Origin: Lama glama
Taxonomy: Eukaryota
Length of the DNA: 64,000 nucleotides
Direction: 5' to 3'
Assembly: GCA_028534125.1 (NCBI GenBank)
Contig: CM052817.1
Span: 59,088,001 to 59,152,000 of the forward strand
In this document: piece after piece, positions 11,136 through 24,489 of the stretch
Position numbering within the stretch: the first letter of the stretch is position 1
Layout of the letters: every line of letters starts with the position of its first letter
The notes under the pieces: model-generated
Databases searched by the model: none
Seen by the model: only the letters and a program-made list of their open reading frames with translations
Told to the model about the DNA's origin: nothing
Made by a program: the position numbers and the translations under genes

Positions 11136-12210
11136 TGTATTAGTGTAGGTTGACTTCTGTAACATCCCTCTTATACATACAAAGCTTAGAGGTTTATCAC
11201 ATTGAAGAGATTTACTTCACACTCACATATAAGAATAATGAAGATTGGTAGGCATGGGTTAGAGGAAGTCTCCTTCAGGTAGCCTAGCTGAATCCTAGGC
11301 TCCATCTGTCTAATGGCTTGATTAAATTCTAAAATTTTGTTACCAGAGAATAGGTTCTTGTCACATCTTAGAAAGAATTCAGAGACAAAACACGGAGGTC
11401 AAGAAAGTAAAGTAAGGATTTATTAAGTGATAGGACACTCTCAAAAGGACAGCGGGCAGACCCAGTGAATAACTGTGCTGAGTTTCTTTGGCAAGTTGGT
11501 TATGTGGGGTGTGAAAATGAATGGGAAGATATTCACTGGGGAGAGAGGAGTTTGGGGTTGTATTCCCTGATTTTCATCCCAGTTCCACCTTCCCTAGGGG
11601 AGGACAGATTTTTGTCTTTATTTAGTCTGAATCAGAAGTATCATGGTGTCGGTGCATAATGAGCACTTCTTGTCAGCAATGCTAATTTTATTGTAATGAG
11701 GGTATAATGAGCAAAAGGTTACATTTAGATGGCAGAGATTCCCACCTTTTTCCACCTTTCTTTGTCTGCCTCCAGGACCCTTATCACTCCAAAATATGTG
11801 GTTTCTTGTCAGTCCAGGATTCCTGCTTTGCTTTGTCTGACTGAGGACCCCGATTGTTTACAAGATGTATGGTTTCCTGCCATTTGACCTGTGGCCCTCT
11901 TTCTCTGCTCATATCTAGCTATCTGCCTGCTCTAACAATTTCAGAGTTTTTTTTATTGGATTTACTATTTTCATCTAGCAGATGAAAGAAGAGAATATAT
12001 TGTAGAGAGTTGAAGAGTAGGTTTTATGGGCCTGGAGGCGGCATTCATTTCTGCCCATATTCTGTTGGCCAAGACTTAGTCATATGGCTGTACTGATGTG
12101 CAACAAAGGCTAGAAAATACAGTCCCACCCTGTACACAGGAAGGAAAAGTGGGAAATACAGTCCCGCCCTGTACACAGGAAGGAAAAGTGGGTTTGGGCA
12201 TATCTAGCAG
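11136..12210 (-). mobile_element. Old MaLR LTR (MLT1J/K/L-like), split by the LTR at 11338-11937
   Basis: Left part 'tgtattag...ctgtaaca'. Right part 'tttctgcccatattctgttggccaagacttagtcatatggc...aggctagaaaatacagtc'. Confidence 0.65.
11338..11937 (-). mobile_element. Lineage-specific ERV1-type solo LTR (600 bp)
   Basis: Ends TGTTA...TAACA. Perfect 4-bp TSD ATTT at 11334-11337 and 11938-11941. Minus-strand AATAAA at 11419-11424. Confidence 0.88.
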
Positions 12211-12829
12211 CTAGATTGTAGCTATTCTCTGCAATGATGATGATGATGATAATGATGATGCTTGTTGGGTTTGGGCTAATCATCTTTATTTATTTTATCC
12301 CAAATATGCACCCAAGATATTCTGGATTAGAGACAAATTAATAGGTGTGCTGACTGCTGTTACATGCTTCTCCTGTAGCACACATAGTGACATGAACTGT
12401 GTAAAGGGCCTCACACTCCATAGGTGAGAAGATGGAAAAAAAAAAAAGTATCCAATCTGCTACCTTCTGCACATATCCAAAAAAGGAAGGAGAAAAATTC
12501 CTGTTCCTTGGAGATGATAAAAGAATAATGGATTCTCACTCATACCTTTTGGAATGTGTATCTCTCCAATGGCCATGTCAGCCCCACTGTCACTGTCTTA
12601 ATACATCTGGAGATGTCTCCATGATCCTGGGTTTCTTGAAATACAAACACATACATCCTGAGTGAGGTAAATCTCTCTTGAGTTCTCTCACTATCCATAC
12701 GTTGTAAATTCACTTCTCAAGATTTGCTCCTTGCCCAGAATCTCAAGTTTTCAGCACAATTTATTGAGAAAGCCAGGACACTGAAGAAAGTGAAAGTATT
12801 TTATTAACAGCCCATGTGATAATGATGAT

Positions 12830-13215
12830 AATAGGTAACATTTATTGAGCACTTGTCATGTGTCAAGATCTATATCAATGTGTTACTTAGAATTTACAGT
12901 ATCTCATTAGTCTCTACAACTCAGGGAGGTTACCACTACTTGAATCCTATTTTACAGTTGAGAAAACTGAGACACAAAATGTTAGTAAAGAAAGGATCTA
13001 TCATACAGCACAGGGAATATAACTAATATTTTATAATAACTTTAAATGGAATATAACCTATAAAATATTGAATCAGTATGTTGTACACCAGAAACTAATA
13101 AAATATTGAAAGTACACTATAGTTTAAAAAATGTTAAAGCATCTAAGATCATACAGGTGGAAAATTGTACAGGTGAGATTTGAACACAAAGAGTTTGATC
13201 CTAAAAGACGAACTA
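12830..13215 (-). mobile_element. MIR SINE split by an L1 3' fragment
   Basis: 'aacatttattgagcactt', 'cctattttacagttgagaaaactgagacaca'; resumes as 'aagatcatacag...gagatttgaacac'. Confidence 0.75.
12985..13127 (+). mobile_element. 5'-truncated L1 3' tail inserted in MIR
   Basis: 'tacagcacagggaatataactaatattttataataacttt...tgttgtacaccagaaactaat'. TSD AAAATGTTA at 12976-12984 and 13128-13136. Confidence 0.8.
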
Positions 13216-15696
13216 AATGTATGCTTTATTAAGAAAAAAATACAATCGTGGAACAACAATCTTTGCGTTGTTAAACTCCTTCATAGTAGGTCCTTTCATC
13301 ACACCTATATTGGGATCTTTACTATCACCCCCTCCATTTGGATTAGCTGCACTTCTGTAGATTGTTGTGGAGAGTTTTATGACCAGATAATGTAAACATA
13401 TTTTTTGGATTGATTCACAGTTAGAATAGCAACACCTTGATCCATAGATTTTGTCTGGTTTATTGTTGGGTCCCCTACAGTCTCACACAGTACTGTTCAA
13501 AAGAATAGTCCTTGATAACTATTTTTGAACAAACAGCTAAGAACACATTCTGAGCATACGTGTAACAGACCCTCATATACAGCAGAAGTGTAGCCGTCTT
13601 TCCCTCTGGGACTACAGTCTATTTGTAGAGTAAACCAAAGGAGAAGCAGGCAACTGGTGAAAATGCACTAATTATGGACAAGTTAAGAGCTTTTTTATCA
13701 TCTATATCATCAATTTAACTTGCTTAATCATAAATTACAATGTCAGGGTCCTACTGATGCTTACTAAAACAAAAGTATACTCATAACAGGATGAAAATAT
13801 AGAGAGGAAAGTTGACTATGGTAAAGAGTAAAGTTTTTCTTTGGAGATAATTTATCTATAAACCTCAATCTAGTCATTGCCCTGTCATGAATTCTGAAGT
13901 AATACAAATCCTGAATAAGTGAGATTTTTCACCCTTTCATTGAAAGAGAAAAATTTTAATTGACCTAATTCCCTCCTTCTCAATTTAGATCCTTTGTTTA
14001 CAATATTTTATTCAAATAAAAGTCACTATATTTTGTATATGTCAGATATTGAAATTATTTTCTGAAACTTTACATTTTAGTTTTGCTAAACATTTCTACA
14101 AAATAAAGGAAAATATGAAGGTAATAAAACAGTGTTATGACCTTGGGAATAGTTTATATGATGAAAGGGAAGAAATCACAGTAGTGGATTTTATTAGTCA
14201 TCCAAGAAATGAGGTTTTTTTGTTTTGTTTTGATTACATATATGTTCTCATATTTAAAAGTTTCTATTTAGAGTTAATCATAACAATTATTGAAACTTTA
14301 TATTTTAAATAATGTACTTAATTCTGTAACTAAAAAAGAAATAAATCAATTTGAGGGAGGTGCAACACTGCTCTAGGTAATAGAAATATCACAAAAATAA
14401 AAAGTTATATTGAAGGATTAATACATCTTAAAATGTAAATGATTGATTCCTGTCTCAGTGATAATGCTTAGGCTATTATAATAGTGATTGCCCTCAATCT
14501 TAAAGGAAAGTAGGCAAAATTCCAACTCTTATCTAAATAAATTATCCAGTCTTACAGGTTTTGCTTTACAAATCTTAAAGCTCGCTCTTCAAAATAGTTT
14601 ATTTTTATTTAAAAAGTTCAAAAGGAAAAAGTATAAAATTAATTTATAACTTGGAAGATTCAATGAAGATTTATTTAATTGATGTATTAGAGATTTCAAA
14701 TCTTTGAAAAGCTACTCGTGTCTTCAGGCAAGATAAACTTTGAATCATAGGAATCCTAATTATAAACCTGACATTTCAACTGAGAAATCCCACTGGCTCA
14801 CTGTGAAATAAAGTAACAGTAAGACATGAAGTACTTCAAAAAATCCCTTCAATAGAGCATGGCTTTTAAAAATGTTATGACTCTAGGAAAAGGTGGAACT
14901 TCATACAATTCATACAATAGTTTTCTAATAATACCTTTAAGGAAGACCTTTGGTTCAGTTTAAGTAGTCTTTTAGAAACTGAATTGCCAGCTAGTGTGTG
15001 TTCATTCTGTTTTTTTGTGTTGAAATTGGCAATCATTTTTCTCTGTCTTGTCCTTGACATCATTTTGGAAGGTGTGTTTAACAGGTTAAAGTCAAAGATA
15101 GCCATGCCAAGGCTCAGAGAATTTCCCTAAGTTGACCTAAACCAAATACTCAACACCCTCTGTGTACAGACGCGTAAGTTGCTGTAATTCCACTAACTTA
15201 AATTAGATCCAACCATAACCAAACTACATTGAATCTCTGATATTTACCAAATAGAAATATCTATAAATCATATTAAAAGAGGAAGTAAGGTTAATTTCAA
15301 ATTCTTTGAAGAGAATTATAACTCTAGGTGCATTTTACTGAGGATACAATCCTGGAAGATGCCCAGCAAGTAAGACCATGTGTTAAATTGAACATTGAAT
15401 TTGAAGTGAAGTAATGGATATTTATGTCCATAAAGTATTGTATATACTACAGCCATTCAACACCTTATTTTTTCATTAAAGTTTCCTAAAAAGGTTGTAA
15501 AGACTAATATGCTCATATAGAAGGTACTTATACTTGAGAATAACTCTATTGCCTCTTTTTCTAAATATTCTAGCTCTTTTCTAATGCAATAAACATCTTT
15601 CATTTTGTTAACAATTTTTAGATGGTAGAAGACTAAAGTAATTAAGAAAATATCAAAATAAAGAAGACCTGGCTGGTGCCTCTTTTTACATAGTAG

Positions 15697-15860
15697 ACCA
15701 GGGATGCCAAATAGATTTGATTTCTCATGCCCGCTCTGATGAATTGGTAATGGTTACCTGTAGGGCTGTGTAAGAAGGAAACTTAGGTTGAATATAGCCT
15801 CAGAGGAAAGAATGATTATTAAGATATATCTGCTATGTGTTCATGATTTTTGCCATCTGC
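15697..15860 (+). mobile_element. hAT-Charlie relic (MER103C-like)
   Basis: 'caaatagatttgatttctcatgcccgctctgatgaattggtaatggttacctg...gaagga...tttgccatc' matches recalled MER103C. Confidence 0.6.
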
Positions 15861-18800
15861 CAGTAATTGCTTGATTTTTGTGAGAAATATTCATAGGACC
15901 TCTGTGTTTCCATTTTCAAATAAGAACATATAATCCCTCCTTCCCCCACAAAAATATGTATGCATTCACAAATGAAGAATAAATAGTACTAAGGCTATGA
16001 GTTCATTTCTTTTGCTCATTGACTAAGAAACTCACTCTTTCTCATTCTAACGTATATGATTCAAATCTGGCTCTCGGGAAAATTACAAATTAAATCATAG
16101 ACTTTCAGTTTGAAAGTGCAGCTGTTCAATCTGTAGATACAAAGAGTCTACTTTTATAAATATTACTCACATGACTTCTCTAGTACCCTGGATAAAAACT
16201 CTATTTTAAGATTTTGTCTATTTCAACAATATTTGCTTAAGAACTAAATCATACTGCTAATTGGGCCAAAATCTTTCAAATGAGGAAAATTAAAGCCCCT
16301 TTTCTCCTACCATAAATTGAGCACACTGCCCAGTGTAAGAATGTGACAAGGTGACAAAAGAGTGAGGTATTAGGTATGAACGTAACATGTAAAGCATCAC
16401 AAGAAAACTCTCAGGAGCCTCATAACTGAATCTGAAGGGTAATAGCACCATTAGGAGAAAAGACTCTATTGTAGAAAAACCTATCTGATACATTTACCAT
16501 CAGTATAATCTACTCAAATGAGTTGCTGGACTCTGTGCACAGACTGCTGAAACAGCCAGACCTGCACCTAAGAGATGAGATCATTCAGGTTCACAGTGAC
16601 CCAGGCTTGCAGCATAGATCTGGAGGTGCTGGGCTCACAGTTGTCACGAGGTAATATGGATAGGCCATTAAAGAACCTGCCATGACGTGCTCCTCTGGGC
16701 CACGGTCCGCTTGTTTTGCTACATGTAGTAAACAACTCTCTCACTAGAGCTGGCAGCACTCGGTGGTGATATTCTTTTCCCTTCAAATTGATTTAGGAGG
16801 CTCTTGAAGTTACCTCCAGCGTTAAGAAGCCTTTATGTGTAAGCATATTATTATTTTTGTGTGTGTGTCTGGCACAACAATGTGTTTTTGCCATATTGCC
16901 TTAAAAACATCTAAAGATTTGTATTTAACTAAGTCTTTAGTAGGAAATTACTAGGTTTCATTTTAAAATTCTGGTGTGATTGGCACACATGAAAGCAGTG
17001 ACCTGGTTTTTTATTGTTTTTAAATGACTTGGAGCTTTTGTTTACCTTGTGAATTTCCATTTCACTTGTTCTTTATCAGTTTGTAACTTTGCCACCTGGT
17101 AAACTTTCATTTTAGGGCTTTACTGAGGCTTTCTTGAGACTGGCTATTATGATAGCATCTCTGTAAGTACTGTGATATGACAAGCTTCCGAAGCAGTTGT
17201 AAAACAATTATAACTGCCACTAAAATATCTTGGCTGGGATTGGTATTAAAATGAAAAGAGGAAACTCAAGAATCTAAAATGTTCTCACTTGAAATTTTTT
17301 TCCTACCGAGATCAATCAGTAGTAACCACCTGAGGTTTTTTGGTTTTGCTTGTTTGGTTTTTTGTGGATTTTTTTGGACTGATTGGAAGTATACAGGCTT
17401 TTCTGTGCCACATAAAATGTCCAAATCCTATTTGTAGGTATAAAATAAATTCTGAAAAATTTTATATTAAATTGGCTTCTCATAATTAAAAAATGACAAA
17501 TTTTGTATTTGGATGAAAATCTTTCACTATCATAATCATTGACATGTTGGTATCATTACATTTGCTGCCAGTACTGAGACACTCTCATGGGCACAGTCTG
17601 CCAGCTGGCCCTGCTGCAGCTCTTTGAGGTCCCTGGCGTAACACAGACATAGAGACAGGTCTAGCTGAAAGAGTCTTAGGAGATTTGTTTGACCACTTGT
17701 TTCCTTAACAGTTTCACAGAAGCAGGTCATATCCCATGACCAGCATTAACTAGAGCAGGAAACTTAAAAAAAATCATAAATAGGTAATTTGCCTACACTT
17801 ATTTCCTCTGAAAATGATTCTGTTGTCTTTCTCCATCATGATGGCAATTCATAACACATAAAATTTAGCTAGAACTTTCAATAAAATGGGTGGATAAGTA
17901 AATTACTATTGAATGCCTTTTCTGAAATTTTGTTTCCTTCGATGACAATCTGTGATCAATGATACCCCATTTAGGTTGTGCTTACTACCATTATAAATTG
18001 CTCTGTTTCATGACACTTTCTATTCTGTGTTCGTCAATGCCTATATTATATAGTATTAGGGGAAACAAGATTCTTCACTTCAACCAGCTCTGACAGAATC
18101 TGCAGAGTTTCTCCTTGAAATGAGCAAACATGGAATGTGAGGAGAGTTATTCCTCGTCATAAACGTTTTTAACTAGTGGAAAAAGATAACATAAAAATTT
18201 TTAGTAATACTAAATATAAGTAATTTTTCTTGCATAGAAAATATATATCATTTAATTAGTTATATAAAATTGTTTTAAATGTATAAATAGAAAGATAATT
18301 ATTTGTATTAAAAAAAGCTAATTTGAATACTTTGGACAATCTCAATTAAGATCAGTCACTAAAAGAATTGAGGGAAAAATATAAAAATCTAACAAGATAT
18401 AGTTGAGTTACTATACAAATATCTTATTTCTAGCTCTGGTTTAATAACTCCAAAAACAAATACCAGAAACAATGAATTATGGGTATGCAATATGATATAT
18501 GTAAGAATATATACCTGCTGTAGTTTTTTTTTTAAATCAAAGTTTTAAATGATATAACTATGGGCAATTTTTGAAGACATAGTTTTTATCACACCACCTA
18601 TACGACAATCTTACAGTTCTTTGTATATACCACAAGAAACTTGCTTAAGTCAAATTTTAGAAGTCATTTTTAATTAAAAAATTTAGGAAAGATATAAAAA
18701 GACATGTTATAACTAATTCCTCTATATTTAGCCTTGTGGGGTTTTCATTTGTACTTTATAGAATATATAATCTGATATATTTACTATTTTACTAGTGTTA

Positions 18801-19480
18801 ATCCACATTTGTTTGGAAATACATGTTGCTTTTATAATATTGAGCCAATTCAGGTAATTTTAATGTAGTAGCACAATGGTTAATAGAAAATTTTACTAGT
18901 TATTAGAGGGATAATTTATTATCATGTACAGGTCAAATAAAATGAAAATAACACCACAATATAAGGATATATTGTTAAATGTTAAAGTTGACCTAAGTGA
19001 AATAAAAACATTTCATTCATTGAATGTTTTGTCACACTACTTTCTCCACTATAACAAACCCAAACACCATTGAGATTGACACCAGTCTTTATTTTTGTCT
19101 CTCTGTTCTGTGTACTCTGACAGAACTGTTTCGTGTGTATGTACTTTGTTTTGCAAGAATACTTCACAGATCCCTGCCCACGTCCAAGGGATTACTGAGT
19201 AGCAGAAGAGTACAGTCCTATTTCATCTTTTTAAATGTCACATAAATTCAGAAGATGTTTTCAGCATGTTGGAAACTGCCATCTAATGCATAACTGTTTT
19301 AGAATGCCATTCCTAATTCTAAATGATAAAATCTGACACTTTTTACTTCTAAGAAAACTGTTAATATGTTACAAATGTCTTCTCAAACATAGCTGAATTC
19401 AGAAGCAGGTCCTCAGTCTGGAGGTCATTGTTCTACCTAGAGTACATTTTTATTAGGTGATATTTTTTTCCCTTAGCGTA

Positions 19481-19509
19481 TGTGTGTGTGTGAGAGAGAG
19501 AGAGAGAGG

Positions 19510-19543
<34 letters not shown>
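19481..19543. repeat. Compound microsatellite (TG)6(AG)n
   Basis: Read directly from the sequence. Confidence 0.97.
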
Positions 19544-19545
<2 letters not shown>

Positions 19546-19784
19546 ATGACAGAGAGACAGGAAGACAGACACTTAGTCATCATATCTGATTTAATTTCTG
19601 TTTTACCACAAAAAGGAAGTCCTGTTATTGGCTATTCATCCTCTCCCCTCTTCTCCCCTCCCCTCCCCTGCCCACCTGTTTTCTCCTCTCCTGCCCTGCC
19701 CTGTCTACCTGCAGTGTTTCGAAGATGGTGTCAACCACTGTGACATGTAATGTTTGGATGCTTTCATAGTCAGAAGACGTAAGG

Positions 19785-20195
19785 TGTTTTACTTGGCTAG
19801 AGCTGTCATAACAAAATACCACAGAATGGGTGGCTTAAACGACAGAAATTTACTTTCTCATAGTTCTGGAGGCTAGAAGTCCAAGGTTAAGGCTTAGGCA
19901 GATTTGGTTTCTCTCAAAACCCCTCTGTTGGCTTGTAGATAGCCAGCCTCTCTCTGTGTCCTCACAGGGCCCTTCCTCTGTGTACGCACATCCCTGGTGT
20001 CTCTTTTTATGTTCAGATTTCTTCTTCTTATAAGGGTACTAATTGTATTGGATTAGGGCCCATTTTAACAGTCTTATTTTAACTTGATCACCTCTTTAAA
20101 GGCCCTTTCTCCAAATACAGTCACACTCTGAGATAATGGTTGATTGGGTTCCATATAAATTTAGTGGTGGGGGGGATAAAATTCAGCCTATAACA
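19785..20195 (-). mobile_element. MaLR solo LTR (MLT1B-like)
   Basis: 'ctgtcataacaaaataccacagaatgggtggcttaaac...agttctggaggctagaagtccaag' to 'ggggataaaattcagcctataaca'. Confidence 0.9.
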
Positions 20196-21604
20196 ATGGG
20201 GATGGCAAGCTATTTTCCAAAATAAATTTAGGTGACCTTCTAAAAATAAAATTGTTTTTAAAGTTATAACAGAAGAGTTTAGCTATTCCTATGAGCAGCA
20301 TTCCAAACCCTAAATATGTGAGAAGCTAAAGACTGAGGATTCCTGAAAATCATAACATAGTGACCCAGGTAGAGTCCAAGGAAAGTGTCACTATATTAGC
20401 AAATGTAGGTCTGTAGCATACTAAGTTGTGTTATACACAATCTGATAAAAAAGAATGTGTTGGCAGAGGGTGCTGATGGTTTTTACACAAGCTGGAGAAA
20501 AGCAGCCAAAACAATAAAAGCTCATTGTTAAATTTCCAGCAATGTCCAGGACTGAGGTCAGGGTGGAGAGATCCTCGAACTCTCCAGTTACTGGAAAGAC
20601 ATGTTCTCTGTCGTGGGTCTGTCTTGATTTATGGCACCTCACTGAAGTCAGTTGGATTGCAGTGTTGTTGTTTCCTTTGATTTTGTACTAGTTCCATTTT
20701 TGTCAAAAGTAATTTATTCTGAAATTCAACTTCTCATATACTGCCACGATGAGAATTTCATGGAGAGCAAGCATAAATAATATTCCATTTCCAGGAAGAG
20801 AATGCCCGCAGTTGCAAATGATAGACTGACTTTCTAGTTTGTTCAGCAGTGTAACATGAGCACCAGGGTACTTCTGCCCAAGCAGTCAGCCCGTATCTTT
20901 GGAATCTTCCCTGGTGTGCCTGTGCCTTTAACCTCAGCACACTCGCTTAGTAAATACTGCTGAGTCTTATTCTTCAATTCTGTGAAAAGGTTTATGTTAT
21001 TAATTCACAAATTCTCCTAACTGTTCTTAGTTGATTTTTCTTTGAAACCTGTAGTTTCATCTTAATCTTTAATTGAATAGCACTCTTTATGGCTTTTTTT
21101 TTTTTTGGCAAAATGAAAAACACTATTCAGCTTCATCAAGCTTGTTCTTATTTCAGAACCTTGAACTGCTGCTTACTCTATGCTTAGATCTTTTTGTAAC
21201 TTACTTCTTTACATATTCCAGGTCAGATGGCAACCCCTCAGAGGCCTTCTCTGACTAACCTTGCTAAAATGATTGCTCACCCCCAGCCTCCATCCCTCCT
21301 GCATAGAAAAATGCTGACAATATTTATTGGGGTCAGTGAACATGTCTTTCCTAAACAAAATCAATGAGTTAATGAATCAACTTTGGATCCTATAGAATGT
21401 TTAAAGAATGAGAGTAACAATACAAAGTTTTAATTTAATAGTTATCCATATATTTTCATGTTTTAAGTAAACATTGGCTAAAAATCTAGACAGTATCTGG
21501 CTAGATACTTTCCTATCATATACAACATTAATGAGTTCATACTGTCTTTTATTTGAAAACAAGTGATTCTCAGCTTCCAAGGAAACTGCCTGTCAATGAT
21601 TTAC

Positions 21605-21780
21605 TTCCTTGATTACCAAAGCATGGTCGCCAAAACAACAGCATTAAGATTGCCTTGAAAGTTCTTAGAAATGCAAATTTTGGACTACAACCCAGAACCG
21701 CTAAATCAGAAACTCTGGAGGTAGGGTCCAGTTATCTGTATTTTAACAGAACGTGTAGATGATTCTTTAGTGAACCACTG
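21605..21780. mobile_element. MER5A-like non-autonomous hAT-Charlie DNA transposon
   Basis: 'ttagaaatgcaaatttt...aatcagaaactctggaggtagggtccag...ctgtattttaaca...gatgattct...gaaccactg'. Confidence 0.8.
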
Positions 21781-24489
21781 ATTTAACCTATTTAAAAGTC
21801 TAAATTAATACTTATGGCTATTTGAATTAAAGTAGTAGCATTGCCATTTGAACATAATTGGACTTCTTCAATGATTTTAGAACCTGCTGATATAATATAA
21901 AAAATCAATCTTTTATCTCTCTGATTTATAATTCCATTCACAAACTTGGCATCTCAGAATGATCCAAGAGTCCTGTACCTAATTTCTCACCTAAAAGTCA
22001 ATGCAGACTTGGGTTCATTTCCTAATACATGGATGAAAAACTATTTCCTGTTACATTTCTTTGGTATGGGACAGGAAAAAATAAATAGGAAATGACAATA
22101 AACCAGTAACAATTTATCAACCTTGCTGTCATTTCTCAAATATCATTTTCACAAATATGTTATTACAGGGCTCTGTTAGAGGACAAAGGGATAATTTGGC
22201 AAGCTGCGAAAAGACTGTCAAGTGTTGGGAAAATACTTTGTTCTAGAGTCATGACAGATTTATGCTATGAATAAATGTTTGAACTTCAGATAATATATGT
22301 TACCATTCATTTGTGGCACAAAGATAATAGAATTATAAGACAGGAACTTCATTGTTTTTACACTATGACAAAAATATGAGTCTGTTTTGAAAAGGGAAAA
22401 AAGTAGCTTGCATTATTGAAGAAGCAGGAGCCAGTGAATGAACACCTTCCTGCCTTTTATCTCCACCTGTAGTGAACTCACTTGTACTCTTCCTGCCCTA
22501 CAAATCTGCAACACAATTATAACCTAACCTTTGCAGGCTGCCTATGTTGTGAAAACATTTCTTCTTAGTGAAATACTATGCTTAAAGAAGATAGTTACTA
22601 ATATATTGAAGCACATCTTCCCAGTTCAGGTAGAAATTCTTGGCCCTTAAAATACAGAGAATTATTTTTACTTCTATTCTTTGACTGTATCTTTGTCTTG
22701 TAATGAGAATGATGAAGTAAAAGTCAAAATGGCTGTGGTTGAAATCACTTGGGAATAAAATCATGAACTGTTCTTAAAATAGGTAAAATTATGATTAATA
22801 AGAACTTCATTTGGAATATATATATGTATCTTTGAAGTAATGAAATTAAGATTCTCATAGTAAAGAAACAGAATTTATGACAAAAATGGAATTCAAAACA
22901 AGTTTTTTTTAAATTTCAGAATATAGCCTCATTCTTTTTGGCCACTTTATGTATACCCCAATTCACCTAACTCTAATTATTGAGAATTGCATCTTCTATT
23001 AGATTGTCCTAGAAACATCTTATTTAAATATTAATAATATGTGATGAAAACTTGTTTACTATGAAGAAAATATATTGCACAACTTTTGATATTTGATATT
23101 TTACAATACCAACTGTATCAAAATGCATTTCTTACAAATTACTTCTAAAGATGCGACATATACCTAGAAAGCGAACATAAGTTTATTTTTCCCCTGAGCA
23201 AATAATTGACATGTAGTCCTTTTGGTAAGAAAATCAATTTAACTTGGCTTGAAATTATGGCTTTGTTGAAAATAGAGAAATATTACAGTAAGTGGCAAAA
23301 CTTTTGGCCTTCAAGTAACTACCTATTCCAGATGTTAATAACAGAATTTTGTTATTTTAATTGTTCATACCATGAAAATATTCAAAAAATAATAATTTTA
23401 ATGTTGGGATCACTATTTCATGGTCATTATAGATATTTGTACATTCAACCCTTAGAATTTTTTCTCATAGGAATTGATTATAACTGTATAATGTAGGCTA
23501 GTGTAAAAATCTGACTCATTTTCCACTAACTGCTCAAATACACTTACCTAAAATATAAAGTGATTGAAAGGGATGCAGACATAAACAATATATACATGTA
23601 TTTTTAAAGAGGCCATTTATATTTTCAATAACATATAAGCTATTAATACAAAAGCCTTATTAATTTAAAAACAGAAACAGTAGGTTTTCTTTCAAAACAC
23701 CTGTGGAATATTTTATGCCTTGGGGATAGTAATAGGAAAAAAAACGGGTTTGTTTACACTGTGACACACAAAGATAACATTAAGGTTTCAATTACGTTAA
23801 AAATTGAAGTTTTTATTTTTTACTTTCTTTGTTTTCGTGCTATATGTTTAAAATACCTCAAACTTTGGGAAATGCGAGTCAACAGGCAGCAGAGAGAGTG
23901 TACACAAGTCTACTTACAAGGCACGCTGTGAGCCCAAGGGAAACTAATTTGCATAATTCTCACTACTGTTTTGTTGTGGAAAAGATTCTATTTATGGAAA
24001 CATTTGGTCAGAGTGTTAAGTTGCAGGACAATAGAGAAAACTAAGTTTTAGGTTTTCAAATAAAAATATCTTAAGAATAGATTATATTGGAACAGGTACT
24101 AGTGAACGAATGGCTGTTTAACTACCAACTATTTAAATTAACCTATGATTTGCCTAATTTAATTTAGATTAATATTTCCAGTAGTTTCTGTTGTACTTAT
24201 TGCATGGGCAAAAGAGCAGAGCACAATTGATTAATATAATTTTATAAAATTGTAAAAGTTTTCATTATTCTACATTCCTCTAAATGATATTCATTCGCTT
24301 GAATCCCTAAATCTCGTATTATTTACATTCCATAGTTAGATCTCTTGATTATATCATGAAAACAGTACAACTGTTTTTAACATAAAAAATAATTGTTTCA
24401 AAATGAACAATTGTTTTTAATATTTAGAAATTTGACATGGTACAAGTATCGGATATTTGCCAAATTATCTAAAGTTTTATGTTATTGTA

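Noticed and set aside
23947..23954. Octamer ATTTGCAT, and a GAS-like TTCCAGGAA near 20789
   Set aside because: These are isolated short motifs expected by chance, with no supporting context.
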